NCBI GenBank assembly: GCA_023665725.1
Contig: JAMPDH010000004.1
Coordinates: forward strand, 166-64,165
Source of the DNA: Clostridium sp.
Lineage (GTDB): Bacteria > Bacillota_I > Bacilli_A > RF39 > UBA660
Length of the DNA: 64,000 nt
Direction of reading: 5' to 3'
Shown here piece by piece: positions 1 to 9,916 of this stretch. Below the pieces are notes generated by a model. It was not told where the DNA came from, ran no database searches, and was given only the letters and a program-made list of their open reading frames with translations. Position numbers and translations under genes: made by a program. Numbering within the stretch: position 1 is the stretch's first letter; every line of letters begins with the position of its first letter.

Positions 1-985
1 TTTGTTGCATTATTATAATTTGTTGTATCAGTAGGAGTAAACCCAACTGTTACTGTTGCTGAACCACTTGCCTTTCCTGTTAATGTTACTGTTGTATCAG
101 TATTTGCTGCAATCTCCGATGTAGATGCAGAAGTTGTTAGTGTTGATGTATTAGATGAAGTATTAGTAAACTTGCCTGCTACACTTGCTTTTTCAGTAAA
201 TGAAACTCCAGATGAACCAACATAACCACTTGTTGCTGACAATGTTATCACTGGTGTTGCTTTAGATATTGAACAATTAAATGTTTTAGTTCCTGTTGTA
301 TTATCACTCCATTTATACCCTGATGATAGCGTTGCTGAAATTGTATATGTTCCTGCATTAGTTTGATTATATCCACTTAATGTATATCCCGTTCCACTTG
401 TTACACTTGTTAATTGTTGCTGTTGGCCTGTATATGTTCTTGCAACGCATAAACTATTTGTTGGTATTGTTGCTAAATTAACTATAGTTGCAGTATATGT
501 TTTATTTGTTGCATTATTATAATTTGTTGTATCAGTAGGTACAAATGATACTATTATTGCACTTGTTCCTGCTGCTATACCTGTTACAGTTTCTGTTTTT
601 TCTGTATTTGGTGATATTTTTGAATTTGTTACAGGTGATACTGTTGCAACTGATGGTGTTTCCGATGTATTTGTAAATGTCCCCTCTACATTTGCTTTTT
701 CTGTAAATGTAAGTGTGCTTCCTGCCCCTACTGTCCCTGATGTTGCTGACAATGTTATCACTGGTGTTGCTTTGGATATTGAACATTGAAATGTTTTTGT
801 TCCTGTTGTATCATCACTCCATCTATTATACCCTGATGATAGCGTTGCAGAAATTGTATATGTTCCTGCATTAGTTTGATTATATCCGCTTAATGTATAC
901 CCTGTTCCACTAGTTGCACTTGTTAATTGTTGTTGTTGACCTGTATATGTTCTTGCAACGCATAAACTATTTGTTGGTATCGCAG
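1..985. repeat. Intragenic tandem repeat, period ~504-513 bp
   Basis: tttgttgcattattataatttgttgtatcagtagg at 1 and 505; tgttgctgacaatgttatcactggtgttgc at 231 and 741; gtttgattatatcc at 361 and 874. Confidence 0.9.
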
Positions 986-2786
986 CTGAACGTATTACAG
1001 AAAATGATTCAGATGAAATTGTTACATTATTACCTGCATTATTAATAACATTTATCCATAAATAATGATTACCTACTCCTAAAGTTGCAGTTATATCTTC
1101 TTCATTTGTAAATGTCTTCCATGAAGAAGGAGCAGTAGTATTAGAATCACCCCATGCATATTGTAATACTTTGATATCACTACTTGTTTTGCTTACAGTT
1201 ACTTTTGAGGATACACTTACAGTATTAGTACCTGATAAATTATACCTTCCTCCATTTGGAGAAAATCCTACGGTTGGATTACTTTTATCTATTTTTACAA
1301 TATAAGTTTCAGAAGAAGTATTTAAGGCATTATCAGTAGTAGTTACCACAATATTATACGTTCCCGTTGTTGTTAAAGTTATTGCTTCACTTAAATTTTC
1401 TCCACCATTAATAGAATAAGTCGTTGATTTATGTCCACTTAAATCATCTGTTCCATTATTTACAGCGATATATACTGATTGATTTGTCCATGTATCATTT
1501 ATATAATTTTCACCCGATTGTGAAACTAATTTCATTGTTAATGTTCCAACACTTGGAGCAACACTGTCAACATAACCTATATTTTGATTGGCATTCTTAT
1601 AACTTGTACCATCAAATACCCTTGCTACTACACTACCATTTGTTGTAAAATTAACACTCTCATTTTCACCAGAAGCAACAATCCAAGTATTTAAAGGTAA
1701 TAATGTTCCATTACTACTTGTTACTTCTCCATCTAATATTTTATACTCATATCTTGAATATCCAGTTGGATAGTTAATAGTTACATCCTTATCGTGTTGC
1801 CAAACACCAGGTTTTTCTACTATAAATGTTGGAGTTTCCATTGATGGTACTAAAGAATTAAAGCTACCTACTCCAATCATTCCTGATCCATTTGTACAAC
1901 GTGCTTCATACGAATATTCTCGACTCTCTGTTAATTCAGTAAATATATATTCGTTATTTAAACCATTATCAATCCAATTACCGTTTGGCAATAGCCTAAA
2001 CTCATATTTATTTATACCAGATTCTGGGTCAGAACAAGTTGCATAAATATAAGCTTTATTAGTTGTAGATTTTTCACTATCATAACCTAATATAACTGTT
2101 GGAGCTGTTGTATCAATAGTACTAATAACAAGTGTATCTCCATTTTTATATTCTCCAGTGTCACCAACACGTGAAGTTAAACTTCCATTAGTTATAAATA
2201 CAAGATTTTCTCTTAACGTATTAGATGCTATCCAATCACTTGGGCCAGTTATTCTTTGATCACCTAACATTATTGTTCCCTCTAATAATTTAAATTCATA
2301 ATCACTATACCCTTCTGGATATAGAATAGCGACATTTTTAGATGTTGTATATTCATGTTCTCTTTCTACAATATATGTTGGGCCTAATAAGCTAGAAGCA
2401 TCTAAATATAAGTCCTCAACATATGTATAAATATACTGATTATTACTAGAATCATACTCAATAAGAACTCCACCATTTAAATTTACACCAGTATTAGGAT
2501 TTTTTATTTGTGAATCATTTAATTCACCTTTTGCCATTAAATCTCTAACAGAAATATATCCCTTTTTACCTGTATCAGGCAACTTTATATTATTTTGAAC
2601 TGCATATTTTTGCGCTGCCTTTTCAATAGTTGAAATTTGAATATCATATGAAGAACTTTTAGTATCATTTAAAATACCCGATATATTAGGTATTATCAAA
2701 AGAGATATTAAAGCAATTACTACAATAGTTGCTAAAAGTTCTACTAATGTAAAGCCATCTTTCTTTATTTTAAATAAACTATACAT
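1..2786 (-). CDS. Large surface protein with type IV prepilin-like N-terminal methylation motif and ~170-aa Thr/Ser-rich repeats (3' end runs off the window)
   Basis: Not in ORF track because there is no stop inside the window. ATG at 2786 lies 8 nt after GGAG. Translates MYSLFKIKKDG|FTLVELLATIVVIALISLLIIP (class III signal, G|FxxxE). Positions 3-35 are in the same frame (PTDTTNYNNAT). Confidence 0.85.
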   Translation of the reverse strand, partial: MYSLFKIKKDGFTLVELLATIVVIALISLLIIPNISGILNDTKSSSYDIQISTIEKAAQKYAVQNNIKLPDTGKKGYISVRDLMAKGELNDSQIKNPNTGVNLNGGVLIEYDSSNNQYIYTYVEDLYLDASSLLGPTYIVEREHEYTTSKNVAILYPEGYSDYEFKLLEGTIMLGDQRITGPSDWIASNTLRENLVFITNGSLTSRVGDTGEYKNGDTLVISTIDTTAPTVILGYDSEKSTTNKAYIYATCSDPESGINKYEFRLLPNGNWIDNGLNNEYIFTELTESREYSYEARCTNGSGMIGVGSFNSLVPSMETPTFIVEKPGVWQHDKDVTINYPTGYSRYEYKILDGEVTSSNGTLLPLNTWIVASGENESVNFTTNGSVVARVFDGTSYKNANQNIGYVDSVAPSVGTLTMKLVSQSGENYINDTWTNQSVYIAVNNGTDDLSGHKSTTYSINGGENLSEAITLTTTGTYNIVVTTTDNALNTSSETYIVKIDKSNPTVGFSPNGGRYNLSGTNTVSVSSKVTVSKTSSDIKVLQYAWGDSNTTAPSSWKTFTNEEDITATLGVGNHYLWINVINNAGNNVTISSESFSVIRSAAIPTNSLCVARTYTGQQQQLTSATSGTGYTLSGYNQTNAGTYTISATLSSGYNRWSDDTTGTKTFQCSISKATPVITLSATSGTVGAGSTLTFTEKANVEGTFTNTSETPSVATVSPVTNSKISPNTEKTETVTGIAAGTSAIIVSFVPTDTTNYNNATNKTYTATIVNLATIPTNSLCVARTYTGQQQQLTSVTSGTGYTLSGYNQTNAGTYTISATLSSGYKWSDNTTGTKTFNCSISKATPVITLSATSGYVGSSGVSFTEKASVAGKFTNTSSNTSTLTTSASTSEIAANTDTTVTLTGKASGSATVTVGFTPTDTTNYNNAT

Positions 2787-2800
2787 AAACATCTCTCCTA

Positions 2801-3541
2801 TCAAAATATATTTATATCTTCTAATTCATCTTTAAATTTATATAACTTAGCTGGTCTCCCATTTTTATTATTATTAATTGTTCCTGTTTCCTCTATAAAC
2901 CCACATTTAATAAATTTTTTTCTAAAATTCCTTCTATCAAAGTTCTTACATAATAATCTCTCATAAGTGCTTTGAAGTTCAGATAAAGAAAAAGAATCTG
3001 GAAATATTATTTTTAAATTTTTTAAATTCATCAAACAATTTTTTAATTTCTTAGAAGTTTCCCTGATAACTAATTCATATTGATAAGCCATTTTAGGTAT
3101 ATCATTTATTGGGAACCACTCATAACTAATTTTATCATTTAAATTTTTCTTAAACTTTAACATATTTATTAATCCTAAATAAGATATTACAATACTATTT
3201 TCATCTGATTTAGCATCAATATTACTCAATATACAAACCTGATCATAAAAAACATCACTAAGATTTAAATTTTCATATATAATATATTCTAAGGCTTCAT
3301 TTACATTTTCCTTATTTTTTAATATTTTATAAGGTAAAATCCAATGTCCTTTATAAGGTTCATCAGCATTTTTTATAAGCAAAGTTTTTATTACACCATC
3401 TTCTATTGAAAACAAACAAAATGTAATTTCGATAATATTTAAATCATCTATAGATTTTTCTTTATTTAATTCATCTATAAGCTCATCAAATTCATCAAGT
3501 TCTTTTGTTTTTTTGGATACAGTTCTATATTCTTCAAACAT
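2801..3541 (-). CDS. NrtR-like NUDIX / winged-helix transcriptional regulator
   Basis: Degenerate NUDIX (EPYKGHWILP) plus C-terminal wHTH FSLSELQ..YE..L...FDRRNFRKK...GRPAKLYKF. Confidence 0.8.
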   Translation of the reverse strand: MFEEYRTVSKKTKELDEFDELIDELNKEKSIDDLNIIEITFCLFSIEDGVIKTLLIKNADEPYKGHWILPYKILKNKENVNEALEYIIYENLNLSDVFYDQVCILSNIDAKSDENSIVISYLGLINMLKFKKNLNDKISYEWFPINDIPKMAYQYELVIRETSKKLKNCLMNLKNLKIIFPDSFSLSELQSTYERLLCKNFDRRNFRKKFIKCGFIEETGTINNNKNGRPAKLYKFKDELEDINIF

Positions 3542-3673
3542 ACCTTTTCACCTTAGCATATCTATAAAGTAATTTTATTATAAATGACAAATTTTGTCAA
3601 TTAATTTTTATCTCACTATTTAATTATAAAATAAAAGTAATATATCCAAAATTTGAATATATTACTCTAATAT

Positions 3674-5968
3674 TTATAATCCCAAATATTTTTTAGAAAT
3701 GTCTATAATTCTTTCAAATTCACTTATCAATCTTTCAAAAGTAAATTTAACAATCATGTTATTTTTTTTAATACTATCTTCTATTTCCCCTGATAATTTA
3801 GATAACTCCATAAATCCTAAATATTTAGCATCTACTTTTAAAGTACGAACAATATTAAGACATTTTGAAAGAACATTTTCATCGCCATATTTTTTTAATT
3901 CCTCTAAAGTGCTATAAGAATCTTCTATAAATATTTGTAGTGACTCATCATATGTACTCATTCCCTTTAATAATTCTGTTGCGCTTTTTACATCTACATT
4001 ATTTTTAATTAAGAAATTCTTATTTTTATAAAACTCATCCTCAGTATCTTTAGTTTCTGATATTTCTTTTTCTATCTCTTGCATCATAAACTCATTAAAC
4101 ATATCCTCTGATATAGGTCCAAATGAATCTATATCAAAATCATACTCATCATCATCAAATAAATCACTTAAAATTCTAATTAATTCTGATTTTTCTATAG
4201 GCTTTTCTAAATAATCATTAAAACCTAAGTCCATATATTTTTCTCTTATTCCAATAGATGTATTTGCAGTTATCGCTATAACGGGAATATTAAAACTTTC
4301 TAATTCTTTTAGGATTTTAAAAGTTTCGACACCACTCATTTCAGGCATTATATCATCCATTAATATTAAATCATAATTATTTCCATCTTCTATATTTTTT
4401 ATTGCTTCTATCCCACTTTCCACTTCAACGGTTTCAATATTAAATGTTTTAAGTATTCTTGAAACAACTTTTAAATTAATTCTATCATCATCAACAATAA
4501 GGGCACATTTACCAGAATAATTATTATCTCTAGGTTTTATTTTTTCTTCTAACTTAGCTATTTCATTAATAAGTGGAGTATCCTTAAGAACTATTTTTTG
4601 ACTTATATAAACATCTATTTTTGTTCCATTTTCACTCTTAATTGAAATTTTTCCACCCATCATATCTACAAGGCTTTTAGTAATAGCAAAATTTAGACCT
4701 GTAACTTCAATTGTAACATTGCTTTCCTCATCAAAATTTTCAAATCTGGTAAATAATCTATTAACTTTTTCAGGTTCAACTACAGTATCTGTACTTTCTA
4801 TTGATATTTTTAATTTACTAAATTCATCTTCATTAACACATGAAACGTCAAATTTAACAGTCCCTTTTTTCGAACAATCAATAACATTATTAAGTAAATT
4901 AGTTGTTATTTGTTTTACTTTACTAATATCACCGTGTAAAGTAAATGGAATATCTTCTGAAATATTAGTTTCTAAATCAATATTTTTTTCACCTATTCTA
5001 GGTTTTGTAAAAGAAGCAATGTTTTCAAATACTTCAACCGGATTATAATCTGATTCTGATATCTCCATTTTATTTTCTTCTATTTTTGAAATATCAAGTA
5101 TTCCATTTAAAGTACCAAGTAAATTTTGCCCAGCAAGCATTATATAATTTGCATCTTTTTTAGCATCTTCTAATGTTTCTTCTTGATTAATACATTCCGA
5201 AAATCCAATAATAGAATTTAAAGTTGTTCTTATTTCATGGGACATACTAGATAAAAAATCAGTTTTAACTTCACTAGCTTTTTGAGCTTTTTCTCTAGCT
5301 TTCTCTATTTCTTGAATAGAACTAAAATCTAAATTATCTATACAAAAGAACATAATAATTGTAGAAATAACATATACAAAATTTATAACCCATACTCCTG
5401 GTAATATCGCATTAAGTCCAAAACTGAAAAGACCAAATAATACAAATACTAACATAGGTATTATCTTTTTATTTAAAATTCTTTTTATGCCAACAATAAA
5501 TAAAACTATACTAGCTATATAAGATGTTATAACAAAAGAAGTGCATACACTAATAGAAAGTCCAGATAATTTTATAACTAAATCTTCTTTAACGATATCT
5601 ATTGGTAGTACTAAACATAATATACTTACAATTAACGATATAGAAACAAATATAATTTTAATATTTTTTTTATTTTCAATATTAAATAATATATTTAAAA
5701 TATAGAATATAAATATACTTGGTATAGTTACAAGATATGCAAAAAATAATTTATAAACTATATTTAAAACTATACCACTTACACCGCTCATTCCCAAAGC
5801 TATACCTAATATACTTAAAGTTGTTCCAATTAAATTGATAACTAAAAGAAGTGATAAAGTTTTGTTTTCTAAATTGTCAATTCTTTTTTTACTATAAAAT
5901 ACTATTATAATTAAGATCAAAAATATCAATGCTGAAATACTAAAAAACATATTGTACATATTCTTCAC
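3674..5968 (-). CDS. Membrane hybrid sensor histidine kinase (HisKA-HATPase-REC-Hpt-like) with degenerate motifs
   Basis: About 7 TM segments, FLSSMSHEIRT H-box, receiver LIVDDD...LILMDDIMP...KP, C-terminal Hpt-like helices. Confidence 0.85.
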   Translation of the reverse strand: MKNMYNMFFSISALIFLILIIIVFYSKKRIDNLENKTLSLLLVINLIGTTLSILGIALGMSGVSGIVLNIVYKLFFAYLVTIPSIFIFYILNILFNIENKKNIKIIFVSISLIVSILCLVLPIDIVKEDLVIKLSGLSISVCTSFVITSYIASIVLFIVGIKRILNKKIIPMLVFVLFGLFSFGLNAILPGVWVINFVYVISTIIMFFCIDNLDFSSIQEIEKAREKAQKASEVKTDFLSSMSHEIRTTLNSIIGFSECINQEETLEDAKKDANYIMLAGQNLLGTLNGILDISKIEENKMEISESDYNPVEVFENIASFTKPRIGEKNIDLETNISEDIPFTLHGDISKVKQITTNLLNNVIDCSKKGTVKFDVSCVNEDEFSKLKISIESTDTVVEPEKVNRLFTRFENFDEESNVTIEVTGLNFAITKSLVDMMGGKISIKSENGTKIDVYISQKIVLKDTPLINEIAKLEEKIKPRDNNYSGKCALIVDDDRINLKVVSRILKTFNIETVEVESGIEAIKNIEDGNNYDLILMDDIMPEMSGVETFKILKELESFNIPVIAITANTSIGIREKYMDLGFNDYLEKPIEKSELIRILSDLFDDDEYDFDIDSFGPISEDMFNEFMMQEIEKEISETKDTEDEFYKNKNFLIKNNVDVKSATELLKGMSTYDESLQIFIEDSYSTLEELKKYGDENVLSKCLNIVRTLKVDAKYLGFMELSKLSGEIEDSIKKNNMIVKFTFERLISEFERIIDISKKYLGL

Positions 5969-6053
5969 CTGTTTCCTTAAGATTATAATATCATATTTAT
6001 TAAAACAAAACTAGACATTTTTTTGTCAATCGAATAAATGGTTTACATAATAC

Positions 6054-7325
6054 TTACAATCTATACTCAAATTCAAAGTCTAATATTCTAATAGTATCTC
6101 CTTCTTTAGCCCCAAGTTCTCTTAACTTATCATCAACACCCATTTTCATTAAACGATTAGAAAATCTAAGTACTGCTTCATCTGAGGAAAATTTAGTCAT
6201 TTTAAGAAGTTTTTCTACTCTTTCTCCTTTAATTAACCATGCATTATTTTCTTTTATTATAGTAAACGGTTCCTTTTCTTCAAATTTATATAAAACATGA
6301 TTTTCATATTGATTTTCTTTTATAATAGATTTCTTAGGAATATTATCTAGCATATCAGCAAGTACATTTATAATTTTATTAATGCCATCCCCATTAATTG
6401 CAGAAATCTCATATACATCTACATTAACACGTGACTTAAATTCTTTTAAATTTTCATTTGAAAGAGGCATGTCCATTTTATTTGCAATAACAATTTGTGG
6501 CTTTTCTAATAATGATTCATTATAACTTTTAAGTTCATTATTTATTGTTATATAATCTTCGTAAGGATCCGTTCCCATTGCTCCACTCATATCAATTATA
6601 TGCGCTATTACTCTGGTTCTTTCAATATGTCTTAAAAATTGATGACCTAAACCATGTCCTAAGGAAGCACCCTCTATTAAACCAGGTAAATCAGCAACAA
6701 CAAACGATCTATTATTACTTGCACCTACAACTCCTAAATTAGGACTTAATGTAGTAAAATGATATGACGCTATTTTAGGTCTTGCAGAAGATATTTTAGA
6801 AATAAGAGTTGATTTCCCAACACTTGGCATTCCAACTAATCCAACATCTGCTAAAAGTTTTAGTTCTACTTTAACTTTTCTTATTTCACCCGGTTCTCCA
6901 TTTTCAGCAAAATTAGGAGCAGGATTGGATTGAGTTTTAAATGCAATATTTCCTCTTCCACCTCTTCCACCTTTAGCAATTATTGCTTTGCTTTCCTTAT
7001 CAACTAGATCAGCTATTACAAGACCAGTATCAATATCTGTTACAATAGTTCCAGGTGGCACACTAATAACAACATCCTCTGCATTTTTACCATGCATTCC
7101 TTTGCCTAACCCGTTTTCGCCTTTATCACCACGTATAAGTTTTTTATACCTTAAATCTAAAAGTGTATTTAAACCTTCATCAACCTTAAATATAATATCA
7201 GCGCCTTTTCCACCATTACCACCAAAAGGACCACCCATTTCAACAAATTTTTCTCTTCTAAATGCCATACAACCATTTCCACCACTACCGGCTTCTAGTG
7301 CTACTATTACCTCATCTACAAACAT
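6054..7325 (-). CDS. obg: GTPase Obg/CgtA
   Basis: MFVDEV...GSGGNG, ELKLLADVGLVGMPSVGKST, DLPG, NKMD. Start moved to ATG 7325 after GGAGG. Confidence 0.97.
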   Translation of the reverse strand: MFVDEVIVALEAGSGGNGCMAFRREKFVEMGGPFGGNGGKGADIIFKVDEGLNTLLDLRYKKLIRGDKGENGLGKGMHGKNAEDVVISVPPGTIVTDIDTGLVIADLVDKESKAIIAKGGRGGRGNIAFKTQSNPAPNFAENGEPGEIRKVKVELKLLADVGLVGMPSVGKSTLISKISSARPKIASYHFTTLSPNLGVVGASNNRSFVVADLPGLIEGASLGHGLGHQFLRHIERTRVIAHIIDMSGAMGTDPYEDYITINNELKSYNESLLEKPQIVIANKMDMPLSNENLKEFKSRVNVDVYEISAINGDGINKIINVLADMLDNIPKKSIIKENQYENHVLYKFEEKEPFTIIKENNAWLIKGERVEKLLKMTKFSSDEAVLRFSNRLMKMGVDDKLRELGAKEGDTIRILDFEFEYRL

Positions 7326-7424
7326 TAAATATTCCTCCTTTAAAGTTAAGTTCATTAAAAAAATAATACCATATTGTTTATATATAATCAAATACTATAG
7401 AAAAAATGGAATATAAATTTTATA

Positions 7425-8138
7425 TTAATTACCATTTATCATTTTAATTATGCCATCTAATATATTTTTGTTATCAATTAAATTAATTCCAAAACATTTT
7501 TTACCTAAATCTTTAAAACTTGAGCCACAATGATATAATAATTCTTTACCTGCATAATTATCTATTACAATTATTTCTGATTTACTTTTATTTAAGATAT
7601 CTATGAGTAATGAATATGCATCATATATTTGTCCCTCAAAAAATATAAAATTTATTTTTATTTTTTCTTCAAATTTAGAAAATGTCTCTTCTATTAAGTT
7701 TATTTTTTTATCATGGTTTAAAACTAAGTTATTAATATATTTTTGTTCTATTAAATTATTAGAAATATATTTTCTCATTGAAACAAAAGCATTCATAATA
7801 GATATACTCATTTCAATAGAAATATCTGAATGTAAAACTGTTGATAACATGGCTATCCCTTGTTCTGTATAAACATATGGCAAATTTCTATTAATACTTC
7901 TCATATCAATTTTTGAAATGCCAGATTGGCATTTCAAATTAATAAATTCTTCCCTTGTTAGTTGAAAACAAAAATCAAGTGGAAAACGTTTTATATTACG
8001 AGTTCTTGCTCTATTTAAATTACCTGTTGAACATGCATATAATTTAGCTAAATCACTATCTAACATAACTTGTTTACCTCTTACTTCATAAATCATGTCT
8101 TCTATTTTAATTTTATTAATTGTTTCAATCCCATTCAT
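7425..8138 (-). CDS. ORF6N-domain DNA-binding protein, C-terminal part apparently internally deleted
   Basis: IYEVRGKQVMLDSDLAKLY...RNIKRFPLDFCFQLT...LPYVYTEQGIAMLS; start after GGAGG. Confidence 0.85.
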   Translation of the reverse strand: MNGIETINKIKIEDMIYEVRGKQVMLDSDLAKLYACSTGNLNRARTRNIKRFPLDFCFQLTREEFINLKCQSGISKIDMRSINRNLPYVYTEQGIAMLSTVLHSDISIEMSISIMNAFVSMRKYISNNLIEQKYINNLVLNHDKKINLIEETFSKFEEKIKINFIFFEGQIYDAYSLLIDILNKSKSEIIVIDNYAGKELLYHCGSSFKDLGKKCFGINLIDNKNILDGIIKMINGN

Positions 8139-8154
8139 TTTTTCCTCCAAAAAA

Positions 8155-8180
8155 AGTATACTTATTTAAATAAGTATACT
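8155..8180 (-). terminator. Intrinsic terminator-like hairpin immediately before the ORF6N RBS
   Basis: agtatacttattt/aaataagtatact palindrome followed on the minus strand by a T run and then GGAGG. Confidence 0.6.
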
Positions 8181-8325
8181 CCGAATAGATATATTTTTCT
8201 TGCACAAAATATAAATTATCGTCCTAAATTTTATTTATCAACCTAATAGCAAGTCAATTGATATATAAATTATATCATAATATTTTTAATAAATCTATCA
8301 CATATTTTTATTAAAAATCATTAAT

Positions 8326-9780
8326 TTATATAATCAGTCTCTTAACGTTTTGCTTTCTTTCTTCAATTATTTTATTTTTAGCATATGTAGTATGCGCAAA
8401 ATTTTCCCATCCTTGCTTTAAATAGATAGGTAAATCATTTGATATTATACTCACAATCTCATAATTTTTTAATTGATAATTAAGGGGAACATATTTTCCA
8501 TCTATTGTTGCACCACCCATAGTCTTACCTACATTATCGCCTATTTTATAAGCAAGATCAATAGGTGTTGCTCCCTTTGGAAGTTCATATATTGCACCAT
8601 TTACAGTGTACACATAAACTTTATCAGAAAATAACTCTGCTTTTACCTGATTTACAAAATCCATATTATTTTTAAATGATATATCTATTTCATCTAAAGA
8701 TTTAAGAAATTGAGATTTTTCTTTAAGCTCTTTTTGCATTTTATATCTTGCATCACCTTTATTTAAATCCCAATATGTAGCTAAACCAAATGATGCAACT
8801 TTATCCATATCAAATGTTCTAATTTGTACCTGAACAGGTTTTCTTCCAAAAACTGTTGTATGAAGCGATCTATACATATTACACTTTGGATTACATATAT
8901 AATCTTTAAAATTATTATTAATAGGATGATAATTTTTGTGAATTATTCCTAAAGTTATGTAACAATTATCTATTTCATCTACCATTATCTTTAATGCATG
9001 TAAATCATGCATATCATTTAATGTATGTCCAGTATTTAAACTTTTATAAATACCATATATATTTTTTATTCTTATTTTAATTTCATTTGGAATATTTTTA
9101 TTATCTAACATTGATTTTATATTATATAACATTTCTTCTAAATATGATTTACTAGATTCTTCTATAACTTCTCTGTCTTCTTCTATTCTTCTATATTCAT
9201 CAGGATTTAAATATTTAAATGATAAATCTTCTAATTCATTTTTAATTCTATAGGCACCTATATAATAAGCTAATGGTACGAAAATTTCTAAAGTTTCGGT
9301 AGAATTTTCCTTTTGTTTAAATTCACTTTTATATTGCAAAGTTCTCATATTATGGAGTCTATCTGCAAGTTTTATTATAATTATTCTTACATCATTGCTA
9401 ATGCCTTTTATAATTTTTCTTGTGTTTGCAAGACTTTCATCCTGTTTAGAAGAAAAATTCATTTTAGCAAGTTTTGTTACACCATCTACAAGATTTGCAA
9501 CATCGTCATTAAATTCATGTGCAATTTCCTCTTTAGTTATATTAGTATCTTCTAATGTATCATGCAAAAGCCCAGCACATAAAGTATCTCTATCTGCATG
9601 CATTTCTGAAAGTATATAGGCAACATTTAAAGGATGCATTATATATGCTTCTCCACTTTGTCTAAATTGCCCTTTATGTAAATTATAAGCAAGTTCATAG
9701 GCTTTTTTTACTATTTCTACTTCATCAGGATTATATTCTCTCACCTTTTCTATAAAGTCTTCAAATGTAATATTTTCCAT
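8326..9780 (-). CDS. RelA/SpoT-family protein (HD hydrolase + degenerate synthetase + TGS; no ACT domain)
   Basis: HKGQFRQSGEAYIMHP, LLHDTLED, IKLADRLHNMRTL, KDYICNPK.N.YRSLHTTV, TGS LPKGATPIDLAYKI. Start set by GGAGG spacing. Confidence 0.9.
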   Translation of the reverse strand: MENITFEDFIEKVREYNPDEVEIVKKAYELAYNLHKGQFRQSGEAYIMHPLNVAYILSEMHADRDTLCAGLLHDTLEDTNITKEEIAHEFNDDVANLVDGVTKLAKMNFSSKQDESLANTRKIIKGISNDVRIIIIKLADRLHNMRTLQYKSEFKQKENSTETLEIFVPLAYYIGAYRIKNELEDLSFKYLNPDEYRRIEEDREVIEESSKSYLEEMLYNIKSMLDNKNIPNEIKIRIKNIYGIYKSLNTGHTLNDMHDLHALKIMVDEIDNCYITLGIIHKNYHPINNNFKDYICNPKCNMYRSLHTTVFGRKPVQVQIRTFDMDKVASFGLATYWDLNKGDARYKMQKELKEKSQFLKSLDEIDISFKNNMDFVNQVKAELFSDKVYVYTVNGAIYELPKGATPIDLAYKIGDNVGKTMGGATIDGKYVPLNYQLKNYEIVSIISNDLPIYLKQGWENFAHTTYAKNKIIEERKQNVKRLII

Positions 9781-9795
9781 AGCCATACCTCCATA

Positions 9796-9838
9796 CAAAA
9801 AATAGTAAACTCATTTAAATATTTCTGAATTTACTATT
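9796..9838 (-). terminator. Intrinsic terminator in the leader of the RelA/SpoT-like gene
   Basis: Minus strand AATAGTAAATTCA-loop-TGAGTTTACTATT-TTTT, just upstream of the RBS. Confidence 0.7.
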
Positions 9839-9916
9839 TATTATAATAAAAATATCCACAAAAGCGGTATATGAAAAATCATTTTCTAAATAATTTAAAT
9901 TAAATGATTTAATCAT
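9815..9916 (-). CDS. Putative 33-aa leader peptide MIKSFNLNYLENDFSYTAFVDIFIIINSKFRNI
   Basis: AAGGAAGTGGTGGTT before the ATG; TTGACA at 9962-9967 upstream; stop codon falls in the terminator loop. Confidence 0.5.
   Translation of the reverse strand: MIKSFNLNYLENDFSYTAFVDIFIIINSKFRNI

Noticed and set aside
532-1648. Short ORFs 532-786 (-) and 1424-1648 (+)
   Set aside because: Off-frame or antisense shadows of the large pilin-like gene.
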